From Acidimicrobiales bacterium (lineage in GTDB: Bacteria; Actinomycetota; Acidimicrobiia; Acidimicrobiales; DATDAH01), in the NCBI GenBank assembly GCA_036525535.1, contig DATDAH010000160.1, forward strand, positions 1 through 60,434: a stretch of 60,434 nucleotides of DNA, given 5' to 3'. The position numbers and the translations under genes are program-made. Under the pieces are notes generated by a model, which was not told the DNA's origin, made no database searches, and worked only from the letters and a program-made list of their open reading frames with translations. Below are positions 1-8,106 of this stretch, in pieces (position 1 is the stretch's first letter; the number at the start of each line of letters is the position of its first letter).

Positions 1-330
1 GCCGTCACCTGGTCCGGGTCCGCCGAGCTCGACCTCGGCCTCGTCGCCTACCTCCACCTTCCCGCCGCCGAGCGGGCGGCGGCCCTCGCCAACCTCGTGG
101 CCGCCTGTCGCCCGGGCGGGCTGGTCGTCGTGGTCGGCCATGCCCGCGTGAACCTGACGGAGGGCTACGGCGGGCCCCAGCTTCCCGCCATCCTCTTCGA
201 GCCCGACGAGGTCGTGGCCGACCTCGGCTCGGTGACCGTCGAGCGGGCCGAGCACGTCACCCGCACCGTGACCACCGACGACGGCGACCGGACGGCGATC
301 GACACGCTGGTGGTGGCCCGGACGAGCTGA
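1..330 (+). CDS. Probable SAM-dependent methyltransferase, 3' part (5' end outside window)
   Basis: Frame 1 is open from nt 1 to TGA 328-330. The ORF-track tail reads ...AACRPGGLVVVVGH.... GC3-rich. The family call is weak because only a short C-terminal piece is visible. Confidence 0.45.
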   Translation, partial: AVTWSGSAELDLGLVAYLHLPAAERAAALANLVAACRPGGLVVVVGHARVNLTEGYGGPQLPAILFEPDEVVADLGSVTVERAEHVTRTVTTDDGDRTAIDTLVVARTS

Positions 331-343
331 CCGTGGCCCTCGG

Positions 344-372
344 TTGGTACCCCCCGGGGTATCTGTTAATAT
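344..372 (+). promoter_or_regulatory. Sigma70-like promoter: -35 TTGGTA (344-349), 17-nt spacer, -10 TAATAT (367-372)
   Basis: Read directly from an AT-richer patch 30 nt upstream of the regulator ATG. SD GAGGAG at 391-396. Confidence 0.5.
348..361 (+). promoter_or_regulatory. CsoR/CstR-type operator candidate 1: TACCCC-CC-GGGGTA
   Basis: 6-2-6 GC-rich inverted repeat lying in the promoter spacer. It resembles the ATACCC..GGGTAT-type boxes known for CsoR-family repressors. Confidence 0.5.
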
Positions 373-386
373 ACCCACAGGGGTAT
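371..386 (+). promoter_or_regulatory. CsoR/CstR-type operator candidate 2: ATACCC-ACAG-GGGTAT
   Basis: Perfect 6-4-6 inverted repeat overlapping the -10 hexamer and the predicted +1. Confidence 0.55.
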
Positions 387-401
387 CAACGAGGAGCCAC
401 C

Positions 402-671
402 ATGGAACTGCCGGAAGAGACCATGACCGACCTGAACCGACGGCTGCGTCGGGTGGAGGGCCAGATCCGCGGCATCCAGGGGATGCTGGACGACGGCCGC
501 GACTGCCGGGATGTCGTCACCCAGCTGTCAGCGGCCAGCAAGGCCATCGACCAGGTGGGCTTCCTCCTGGTCTCGGCCGGCCTGCAGTGGTGCCTCGAGG
601 ATCCCGAACGGTCCGCGGCCGAGGGCTATGACGTCGCCGATGTCCAGAAGATGTTCCTGAAGCTGGCCTGA
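402..671 (+). CDS. CsoR/RcnR-family (DUF156) transcriptional repressor, CstR-like x-C-x-C fingerprint
   Basis: 89 aa, MELPEETMTDLNRRLRRVEGQIRGIQGMLDDGRDCRDV...LQWCLED. Cys35 and Cys64 are present, with Gly60 at the position of the Cu-ligand His. ATG 402 lies 6 nt after GAGGAG. The ORF-track start 333 (GTG) would cover the promoter and operators. Confidence 0.85.
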   Translation: MELPEETMTDLNRRLRRVEGQIRGIQGMLDDGRDCRDVVTQLSAASKAIDQVGFLLVSAGLQWCLEDPERSAAEGYDVADVQKMFLKLA

Positions 672-691
672 GGCGACGACGTGACCCGCCC

Positions 692-1057
692 TTGTTCTTC
701 TTCGCCCTGCTGTTCGGTCTCTCGATCGACTACCAGCTCTTCCTGCTGGCGGCCATCAAGGAGCGCTACGACACCACCGGTGACACCCAGCGGGCCATCC
801 GGGAGGGCATCGCCCGGACCGGGCGACCCATCACCAACGCGGCACTCATCATGATCGTGGTGTTCATCGCCTTCGGCGTCACCGGGCCCATTCCCCCGAC
901 CGAGCTCGGGGTCATCCTGGCGGTGGCCGTCCTGCTCGACGCCACCGTCATCCGGATGCTGCTGGTGCCGGCCCTGTTCGGCCTCCTCGGCGACCGGACC
1001 TGGTGGCTCCCCGCCCGGGTGGGCCGGTACCTGCCCCACGTCCAGTTCTCGCACTAG
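692..1057 (+). pseudogene. MMPL/RND-family transporter, C-terminal remnant only (~120 aa)
   Basis: FALLFGLSIDYQLFLL...ALIMIVVFIAF...LLDATVIRMLLVPALFGLLGDRTWWLP is the last TM bundle of MMPL proteins, which are normally more than 700 aa. No upstream part is present in the window. Confidence 0.6.
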
Positions 1058-1068
1058 GAGAAAGACCG

Positions 1069-2463
1069 ATGTTCTTCAAGCAGTACCAACTCGGGTGCCT
1101 ATCGCTCTACAGCTACCTGATCGGCGACGAGACGACCGGACGGGCCGTCGTCGTCGACCCCCAGCGGGACATCACCGGGTACGTGGCCGACGCCGAGGCC
1201 CACGGCCTCACCATCGAGCGGGTCTTGGAGACCCACTTCCACGCCGACTTCCTCTCCGGCCACCTCGAGCTGGCCGCCGCCACTGACGCGGTCATCTCCT
1301 ACGGTGACGTGGCCCAGCCCGACTTCTCCATGGAGCCTCTGGCCGACGGCCAGCGCCTCTCACTTGGCGAGGTGGAACTGGAGATCCGCCACACCCCCGG
1401 CCACACGCCGGAGTCCATCTCCATCGTCGTCTACGAGCACCCTGGGGCCAAGCCCTGGGGCGTGCTCACCGGCGACACGCTCTTCATCGGTGACGTCGGC
1501 CGGCCCGACCTGCTCACCTCGATCGGCTGGACCGCCGACGACCTGGCCCGCCGCCTCTACCAGTCGCTGCACGACAAGCTGCTGACCCTGCCCGATGCCA
1601 CCCGCGTCTACCCGGCCCACGGCGCGGGCTCGGCCTGTGGCAAGAACCTCTCCACCGCCGCCGAGTCGACCATCGGTGAGCAGCGGACCGGCAACTATGC
1701 CCTGGCACCCATGACCGAGGACGCGTTCGTGGAGGCCGTCACCGAGGGTCAGGGCGTGGCCCCCCTCTACTTCGCGTTCGCGGCCGACGCGAACCGTCGG
1801 GAGCGGGAGCTGCTGGATGACCACGAGGCCCCAACCACTCTCGACCTCGACGAGGCCCTGGCCGACTCCGGCGCGGTGCTGCTCGACACGCGGTCACCGG
1901 AGTCCTTCGCCTCGGGCCACGTGCGGGGTTCGGTCAACGTCGGCTTGGACGGCCGCTTCGCCGAGTACGCGGGCGACGTGATCCGCCCGGGCCAGGAGGT
2001 CGTTTTGCTCACCGACCCCGGCCGGCAGACCGAAGCCAGAGTTCGCCTCGCCCGCATCGGCTTCGACGCCGTCATCGGCGCGGTTCCCGACGTGGAGGCC
2101 GTGCTGATTGCCCGGCCGGAGACCGCAGCGACCGCCCCCCGCGTGCCGGTCGACGTGGTCCACACCTGGCTGGACGACGACCCGGACGTCCAAGTCCTCG
2201 ATGTCCGGAACCCCGGGGAGGCGGCGCTGGGCATCATCCCCGGCGCCACCCTGGTCCCCCTCCCTCGTCTGCTGGACCACCTGGACGACCTCGACCGCGA
2301 GCGACCAGTCATCGTCTACTGTGCCGGCGGCTACCGGTCATCGGTGGCGGCGTCGACCCTGCGGGCCAACGGCTACCGGATTGTGGCCGACCTGATCGGG
2401 GGCTACCCAGCGTGGGTCGACGGGGGTGAGCCGGTCGAGGCCGCCTGCGAAACCCCGGCCTGA
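1069..2463 (+). CDS. MBL-fold persulfide dioxygenase fused to pseudo-rhodanese plus rhodanese (CstB-like)
   Basis: ATG 1069 follows AGGAGAAAG. ETHFHADF metal site. The middle rhodanese-like domain lacks the active Cys (LLTDPGRQ). The C-terminal rhodanese has the active loop YCAGGYRS. Confidence 0.88.
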   Translation: MFFKQYQLGCLSLYSYLIGDETTGRAVVVDPQRDITGYVADAEAHGLTIERVLETHFHADFLSGHLELAAATDAVISYGDVAQPDFSMEPLADGQRLSLGEVELEIRHTPGHTPESISIVVYEHPGAKPWGVLTGDTLFIGDVGRPDLLTSIGWTADDLARRLYQSLHDKLLTLPDATRVYPAHGAGSACGKNLSTAAESTIGEQRTGNYALAPMTEDAFVEAVTEGQGVAPLYFAFAADANRRERELLDDHEAPTTLDLDEALADSGAVLLDTRSPESFASGHVRGSVNVGLDGRFAEYAGDVIRPGQEVVLLTDPGRQTEARVRLARIGFDAVIGAVPDVEAVLIARPETAATAPRVPVDVVHTWLDDDPDVQVLDVRNPGEAALGIIPGATLVPLPRLLDHLDDLDRERPVIVYCAGGYRSSVAASTLRANGYRIVADLIGGYPAWVDGGEPVEAACETPA

Positions 2464-2466
2464 CCG

Positions 2467-3285
2467 ATGCGCGTCCTGCTGGCCTCGCCTCTCGGGTTCC
2501 TGATCGGGCTCTCCCTCGGCGCGCTCGGCGGAGGCGGTTCGATCCTGGCCGTCCCCGTGCTGGTCTACGCCGCCGGCCAGGACGCTCGCGCCGCCACGGC
2601 CACCAGCCTGTTCCTGGTGGGCACCGCCGCCCTCGTCGGCATGGTCGCCCACTTCCGGGCCGGCCGGGTCCGGCTGGGCACCGGCCTCGCCTTCGGGCTG
2701 GCCGGGATCGGCGGGTCGCTGGCCGGCACCGCCGTCAACCACCGTCTGGACCCGGACGTGCTCCTCCTGGGCTTTAGTGGCCTCGTCCTGATCGCCGCCT
2801 GGCGGATGCTCACCGGCTGTCCCACGTGCACCCAGGTCGGCGAACGGCTGGAGCTCCAGAAGGCCGCCGGCTCGGAAGGCAGGGGGTTGCTCACGCGCAC
2901 GCGACTCGACGCCGGGATCGTGGTGACCGTGCTGGTGGTGGGCACCGGGGTGGGCTTCCTGACCGGGTTGTTCGGCGTCGGTGGCGGCTTCGTGATCGTC
3001 CCCGCCCTGGCCCTCGCCCTGAAGCTCCCGATGCCCGAGGCCATCGGCACCTCCCTGCTGGTGATCGCGGTGAACTCCGCGGTGGCCCTGACCGCGCGGC
3101 TCGGCTCCAGCCGCATCGAATGGGCGGTCGCCATGCCCTTCACGCTCGCCGCGGTCGGCGGGGTCGTCGTCGGAGGTCGGATCGCTGATCGTCTCGACGC
3201 CGAGCGCAGCCTCCGGTGGTTCGCCGCCCTCCTGGTGGCTGTTGCGGTCTACACCGCGTCCCGGGCCGTCCTCGCGCTGACCTGA
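2467..3285 (+). CDS. TauE/SafE (TSUP) family sulfite/anion exporter
   Basis: Starts 3 nt after the previous stop. Polytopic; motifs GALGGGGSILAVPVL and GVGGGFVIVPAL. Confidence 0.88.
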   Translation: MRVLLASPLGFLIGLSLGALGGGGSILAVPVLVYAAGQDARAATATSLFLVGTAALVGMVAHFRAGRVRLGTGLAFGLAGIGGSLAGTAVNHRLDPDVLLLGFSGLVLIAAWRMLTGCPTCTQVGERLELQKAAGSEGRGLLTRTRLDAGIVVTVLVVGTGVGFLTGLFGVGGGFVIVPALALALKLPMPEAIGTSLLVIAVNSAVALTARLGSSRIEWAVAMPFTLAAVGGVVVGGRIADRLDAERSLRWFAALLVAVAVYTASRAVLALT

Positions 3286-3301
3286 AGGTGAAGGGCGTTG
3301 C

Positions 3302-4069
3302 TCAGACCAGCACGTTGGCGAAGACCTGCCAGGCCAGGAGGCTCTTCGCAACCAGACTGAGGACGATGTAGACCCGCTCGCCGTGGAGGTAGTCGGCCCA
3401 GCGGCCGACCGCCCGGTACTGCAGCCACTGGTTGACGGCGAAGCAGTTGAAGAGCACGAAGATCGACACGAAGATCCCGTACACGAAGTCGGGCACGTCC
3501 CCGCCCGCGCCAACGAGGTAGATGCCGATCCCGATCCAGGGCACGACGCCGGCGATGCAGCCGAACACGAACGGGGTCCAATCCGCTCCCGGGCCCGGAT
3601 CGTTCGTGGTCTCCATCAGCCAACCGAAGAGGATCATCGACGCGTTGACGCCGAAGACGGCCAAGAGCGCCACCACGTCGGTGACCCCGGTGATACCCGC
3701 GATGAGCACGATCATCAGCGAGGCCGAGAGCGAGTACTCGACCCAGCGGAAGCGGTTGCGGTGGGCGCCCAGCTCCCGCTGGTAGCGGGGCCAGCCCCAC
3801 GAGGAAGCGACGAGGAAGTGGAATGCGGCGGACAGGAACAGGAAGAGGGCCACGGCAGGGCCGAGCGGGTAGGCGAAGAGCTCGTCCAGGACCGGTGGCG
3901 TGAGTGGTCGACCCGGTGGGCCCGTGCCGAAGGCGGCGGTGACCGGGAGGGACACCGAGGTCGACAGCACCAGCATGGCCAGGCCCTGGAGCAGGTGCAG
4001 GGCACCCGCCTCGATGTTCAGTGGCCGCAGGCGGCCAACCGGGCCGGACGTGGGTGCGAAGGCCGTCAT
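3302..4069 (-). CDS. Heliorhodopsin (7-TM retinal protein, inverted topology family)
   Basis: 255 aa. Blocks AGALHLLQ, AAFHFLV, FRWVEYSLSASLMIVLIAG, FGVNASMILFGWL, FGCIAGVVPWIG and YLHGERVYIVLSLVAKSLLAWQ match heliorhodopsin 48C12 from memory. Schiff-base Lys codon AAG at 3344-3346 (minus). Confidence 0.9.
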   Translation of the reverse strand: MTAFAPTSGPVGRLRPLNIEAGALHLLQGLAMLVLSTSVSLPVTAAFGTGPPGRPLTPPVLDELFAYPLGPAVALFLFLSAAFHFLVASSWGWPRYQRELGAHRNRFRWVEYSLSASLMIVLIAGITGVTDVVALLAVFGVNASMILFGWLMETTNDPGPGADWTPFVFGCIAGVVPWIGIGIYLVGAGGDVPDFVYGIFVSIFVLFNCFAVNQWLQYRAVGRWADYLHGERVYIVLSLVAKSLLAWQVFANVLV

Positions 4070-4187
4070 GGGCGGAGTTCTACCGGCTCCACCTGCCGCG
4101 ACCGTGCCGACCGGGTCCGGTCGTTCCCAGGGAGTTCACGGGAGCCCTGCCCAGCACGCCCAGCGGGGACCTCTACCGTGCGCAGCC

Positions 4188-4931
4188 ATGTCCTCCCGAG
4201 CCAAGGCCCTCATCGCAGCCGCTGTCGTCATCGTCGTGCTTGTCGGTGGCGGCCTGTGGTGGTACCTGAAGGACGACGCTCCCGAGGCCGTCTCCCTCGA
4301 CGCCGCCGTCGACCAGGTCGACGACGGCGCGGCCACGGACGCCACAGTGACCGCCACCTCCGACGCCGGGAGCGCCATCGAGGGGACCTGGACCATCGAC
4401 GCCCAGACCGGGGACTTCGACTTCGAGACGGCCACCGGCACCTTCGCCGGGTTCCGCGTCGACGAGGAGCTGGCCGGTATCGGGGCCTCCACGGCAGTGG
4501 GTCGGACCGGCGACGTCACCGGCAACTTCACCATCGAGGGGACGACGGTCACCGAGGCGTCCTTCGAGGTGGACCTGACCACGATCACCACCAACGAGAG
4601 TCGCCGGGACGGCCGGGTGCAGGACGCCCTCGAGACCTCCCGCTTCCCGACGGCCACCTTCACCCTGACCGAGCCCCTCGACCTGGGACAGGGGGCGGCC
4701 GACGCTGATTCCGTGAGCGTCACCGCGGTCGGCGACCTCACCATCCACGGCGAGACCCAGAGCGTCGAGTTCCCGCTGGAGGCCCAGCTGGTCGATGGCA
4801 CGGTGGTGCTGGTCGGCTCCCTGGACCTGACGTTCTCCGACTACGGCGTCGAGGCCCCCACCAGCCCGATCGCCCTCAGCGTCGACGACAACGGCATCCT
4901 CGAGCTCCAGTTCCTCCTCACCGCCACCTAG
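4188..4931 (+). CDS. YceI-family (polyisoprenoid-binding lipocalin-like) protein with N-terminal membrane anchor
   Basis: ATG 4188. TM segment ALIAAAVVIVVLVGGGLWWYL. YceI-like blocks GTWTIDA...FRV, FEVDLTTITTNESRRDGRV and FPTATFTLTE. Confidence 0.82.
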   Translation: MSSRAKALIAAAVVIVVLVGGGLWWYLKDDAPEAVSLDAAVDQVDDGAATDATVTATSDAGSAIEGTWTIDAQTGDFDFETATGTFAGFRVDEELAGIGASTAVGRTGDVTGNFTIEGTTVTEASFEVDLTTITTNESRRDGRVQDALETSRFPTATFTLTEPLDLGQGAADADSVSVTAVGDLTIHGETQSVEFPLEAQLVDGTVVLVGSLDLTFSDYGVEAPTSPIALSVDDNGILELQFLLTAT

Positions 4932-5030
4932 TTCGGCCTTCGGCCCCCGGGCGCCGCCCCTCTCGCCCGTCCACCGTGCTGCTCCACGCCGTCGCGCAGC
5001 GGAGGGCGCGGACTACGACTCGCGGCTGTG

Positions 5031-6161
5031 TCAAGCGTTGGCGGCTTCGGTGAGCTGGGTGAGGCGGTCGACGGCGTCGAGGTACTCCTCGACCAGGCGC
5101 TGGATGACGGCGCTGGTCTTCTCGACCTTGTCGAGCTGGCCGACGACCTGGCCGGCCGGGTTGAACATGACCGAGAGGGCCTTGTCGGCGTAGCGGTGGC
5201 TGCGGGCCACACAGTCCCCCGAGACCATGTACTGCAGAGGCATGGGCAGCGGGTCGGGGGCGTCGTCGGCCTCCCAGGCGTCGGTCCACTCCGTGCGGAT
5301 CATGCGGCAGGGCTTGCCGGTGAAGCTCCGGCTGCGGACCGTGTCCCGGGACGTGGCGTCGAGCAGCTGCTGCTTCTGGGCGGGGGGCAGGTCGGCCTCC
5401 TCGACGGTCAGCCACAGCGAGCCGGCCCACACGCCCTGGGCGCCCATGGCCAGAGCGGCGGCGATCTGCTCACCCGAGCCGATGCCGCCGGCCGCCAGCA
5501 GCGGGGTGGGGGCGATGGCCTTGGCGATCTGCGGCCAGAGGACGACCGAGCCGACATCGCCGGTGTGGCCGCCGCCCTCGCCGCCCTGGCCGATGACGAT
5601 GTCGACGCCGGCCTCCTTGTGCTTCAGGGCCTGGTAGGGCGAGCCGCAGAGGGCTGCCACCTTGAGGCCGGCCTCGTGGATGTGGTCGATGACGTCGGCC
5701 GGCGGCGTCCCCAAGGCGTTGGCGATCAGCTTCACCTTGGGGTGGGCCAGGGCCACCTCGATCTGGGGCGTGGCGGTGGCCTCGGTCCAGCCCAGGAGGC
5801 GCATGGAGTTGCCCTCCTCCTCGGGCAGCTCGGGCACGCCCCGGTCAGCCAGGACCTTCTTGGCGAAGTCGAGATGGCCCTGCGGGACCATCTTGCGCAG
5901 CTCGTCGGCCAGGTGGTCGGGGTCCATGTCGCCCATGCCCTCGTACTTGCCGGGGATCACGATGTCGACGCCGTAGGGGGCGTCGCCGACGTGGTCGTCG
6001 ATCCACGCCAACTCGACCTCGAGCTGCTCGGGGCTGAAGCCGACGGCACCGAGGACGCCGAAGCCGCCCGCCCGGGAGACGGCGGCGACCACGTCACGGC
6101 AGTGGGTGAAGGCGAAGATCGGGAACTCGATGCCGAGCTCGTCGCAGATCGGGGTGCGCAT
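5031..6161 (-). CDS. NAD(P)H-dependent flavin oxidoreductase, nitronate monooxygenase (NMO/2-nitropropane dioxygenase) family, paralog 1
   Basis: Start ATG 6161 follows GAGGAGG. MRTPICDELGIEFPIFAFTHCRDVVAAVSRAGGFGVLG..., GQGGEGGGHTG, AAGGIGSG. The 592-aa track ORF is an upstream extension. Confidence 0.88.
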   Translation of the reverse strand: MRTPICDELGIEFPIFAFTHCRDVVAAVSRAGGFGVLGAVGFSPEQLEVELAWIDDHVGDAPYGVDIVIPGKYEGMGDMDPDHLADELRKMVPQGHLDFAKKVLADRGVPELPEEEGNSMRLLGWTEATATPQIEVALAHPKVKLIANALGTPPADVIDHIHEAGLKVAALCGSPYQALKHKEAGVDIVIGQGGEGGGHTGDVGSVVLWPQIAKAIAPTPLLAAGGIGSGEQIAAALAMGAQGVWAGSLWLTVEEADLPPAQKQQLLDATSRDTVRSRSFTGKPCRMIRTEWTDAWEADDAPDPLPMPLQYMVSGDCVARSHRYADKALSVMFNPAGQVVGQLDKVEKTSAVIQRLVEEYLDAVDRLTQLTEAANA

Positions 6162-6172
6162 GGCGGTCCTCC

Positions 6173-7399
6173 TCAGGACAGGGGGGCGGTCGGGGTGAAG
6201 CGGACAGGCATCGTCTTCACGCCGTTGACGAAGTCGGAGTGGAGGCGGCTCACCGGGCCGGCCAGCTCGAGGTCGGGCAGACGCTCGACCAGCTGGCGCA
6301 TGGTCGCCCGGATCTCGGCCCTGGCCAAGCTGGCGCCGAGGCAGTAGTGGACGCCGCCGCCGCCGAAGGTCACGTGGTCGTTCGGGGTGCGGCCGACGTC
6401 GAAGCGGTGCGGGTCCTCGAACACGTCCTCGTCCCGGTTGGCCGAGGCGTAGTACATGACCACTTTGTCGCCCTCGGCCAGGGGCACCCCCCGCAGCTCG
6501 GTGTCGGTGGTGACCGTGCGCCGGAAGTTGTGGATGGAGCTGCCCCAGCGGAGCATCTCGTCCACTGCCGTGTCCCACAGGCCGGGGTCGTCCCGGAGCC
6601 GCTGGGCCTGGTCCGGGTGGTCGATCAGGGCGAGCATGGCGTGGTTGATCAGGTTCCGGGTCGTCTCGTTCCCGGCCACCACGAGGGTCACGAAGAAGAG
6701 GTTGAGGTCGAGGTCGTCGAGCCGCTCCCCGTCGATCTCGGCGTTGACCAGCGCCGTCATGATGTCCTCGCGGGGGTTGATCCGGCGGTCGGCGGCCACG
6801 GCGTCGCACAGGGCGTAGATCTCCATGGCCGCGGCCCCGGGATCCTGGACCTGGTAGTCGGGGTCGTCGCGGGAGCCGATCAGCTGGTTGCTGATCTCGA
6901 ACATGCGGGGCCAGATCTCGGGCTCGAGGCCGATCATCTCGCAGATCATCTGGACCGGCACCTGGGCCGCGATGTCCTCGACGAACTCCACCTCCCCCCG
7001 CTCGCAGACGCCGTCGACGACCAGGGCCGCCCGACGCTCGATCTCGTCCACCAGCTGGGCGATCATCCGCGGCGTGAAGCCCCGGGAGACCAGGCGCCGA
7101 TAGCGGTTGTGCTTGGGCGGGTCCATGTTCAGGATGGTCAGCCGCAGCTGGGCCAGGGCCTCCTCGTCCTGGCTGGGGATGAACGTGCCCCCCACCTCCG
7201 AGGAGAAGGTGGCCGGGTCCTGGCTGATGGCCCGGACGTCGGCGTGCTTGGTGATGGCCCAGAACCCGGTGTCGCCCGGCTCCGGGTGCCAGTGGACCGG
7301 GTCTTCGGCCCGGAGCCGGTCGAACTGGTCGTGGGGTACGCCCTGGCCCCAGGTGGCGGCCAGGAGGTCTATGCCGCCGAGCGATTCGGTCACGGTCAC
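6173..7399 (-). CDS. Cytochrome P450
   Basis: Heme loop FGGGGVHYCLGASLA, AGNETT I-helix, EMLRW. GTG start 7399 overlaps the TetR stop (GTGA). WAITKHADVRAISQDPATFSS resembles the CYP124/125/142-type N-terminus; this subfamily assignment is low confidence. Confidence 0.88.
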   Translation of the reverse strand: MTVTESLGGIDLLAATWGQGVPHDQFDRLRAEDPVHWHPEPGDTGFWAITKHADVRAISQDPATFSSEVGGTFIPSQDEEALAQLRLTILNMDPPKHNRYRRLVSRGFTPRMIAQLVDEIERRAALVVDGVCERGEVEFVEDIAAQVPVQMICEMIGLEPEIWPRMFEISNQLIGSRDDPDYQVQDPGAAAMEIYALCDAVAADRRINPREDIMTALVNAEIDGERLDDLDLNLFFVTLVVAGNETTRNLINHAMLALIDHPDQAQRLRDDPGLWDTAVDEMLRWGSSIHNFRRTVTTDTELRGVPLAEGDKVVMYYASANRDEDVFEDPHRFDVGRTPNDHVTFGGGGVHYCLGASLARAEIRATMRQLVERLPDLELAGPVSRLHSDFVNGVKTMPVRFTPTAPLS

Positions 7400-7980
7400 G
7401 GGGCTGCCTTTCGGTTCGATCCGCTGACGACCCCGCAGAGGGCGGTGATCGCCAGGTCGTCGGTCACCGCGTCGGGGTCGACGCGGCGCATCATCTCCAG
7501 GCCGAGGAGCAGGCCGATGAGCGCAGGCCCGACCTCGTCCGCCCCGTCGACCCACTCGGCCACGCCCTCGCCGACGGCGTCCCAGACGACGCGGTACCGG
7601 CGGGCCAGGTATCGGCGGGCCTCTTCGTTGCGGGCGGCGTAGCTCCAGAGCTCGTGCTCGAGGGCGATCCAACGCCCGTCGCCGACGACGGGGTCGACCA
7701 CGTTGCGCCACATCACCCCCATGCGCTCCTCGAGGGTGGTGGCCGTGGTCAGCTCGGCGCCGGTGACGGCGGCCACGTCGTCCACCCAGCCCTCCAGCAG
7801 GGCGAAGAGCAGGCCGTCCTTGCTGCCGAAGTGGTCATAGACGGCGCCCGACGTGCGGTCGGCGGCCTCGGCGATGGCGTCGACGGACGCGCCCTCCACC
7901 CCGCGGCCGGCAAAGAGGTCTGCGGCGGCGTCCAGCAGGGCCTGGCGCGTACGCGCTCGTCGCTCCCGCTGCGTCGCCAC
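7396..7980 (-). CDS. TetR/AcrR family transcriptional regulator
   Basis: N-terminal HTH: RTRQALLDAAADLFAGRGVEGASVDAIAEAADRTSGAVYDHFGSKDGLL. First gene of the TetR-P450-NMO operon. Confidence 0.9.
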   Translation of the reverse strand: MATQRERRARTRQALLDAAADLFAGRGVEGASVDAIAEAADRTSGAVYDHFGSKDGLLFALLEGWVDDVAAVTGAELTTATTLEERMGVMWRNVVDPVVGDGRWIALEHELWSYAARNEEARRYLARRYRVVWDAVGEGVAEWVDGADEVGPALIGLLLGLEMMRRVDPDAVTDDLAITALCGVVSGSNRKAAP

Positions 7981-7986
7981 CCCACT

Positions 7987-8016
7987 TGTATAGCGTTCGT
8001 TATCTACCTAACGCAA
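7987..8016 (-). promoter_or_regulatory. Candidate promoter of the TetR-P450-NMO operon (minus strand: -35 TTGCGT, 18 nt, -10 TATACA) with embedded palindrome CGTTA-N6-TAACG (7998-8013)
   Basis: AT-rich patch. The -10 hexamer ends 6 nt before the GTG start at 7980, which implies a leaderless or near-leaderless mRNA. Confidence 0.4.
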
Positions 8017-8106
8017 ACTATGGAACTCGCACCCAACGAGATCCGGAGCTGAAGTGCCCACGCCCCCGTGGGTGCCTCGGTTTCGGTCGCCCGGCCCTAC
8101 GACCCA

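Noticed and set aside
402-671. Annotation as a copper-sensing CsoR (which would tie it to the multicopper oxidase further on)
   Set aside because: The His ligand position (four residues before the second Cys) is Gly, and the adjacent genes are sulfur enzymes, not copA/copZ. CstR-like is the better reading. A formaldehyde (FrmR) or Ni/Co (RcnR) type is also unlikely, since the N-terminal His/Pro and additional His are absent.
5031-7980. P450-containing locus (and the BVMO island at 24475-30462) as a secondary-metabolite biosynthetic gene cluster
   Set aside because: There is no core scaffold enzyme (PKS, NRPS, terpene synthase/cyclase, RiPP precursor or maturase) anywhere in the window. The gene content fits catabolic or detoxifying oxidation better.
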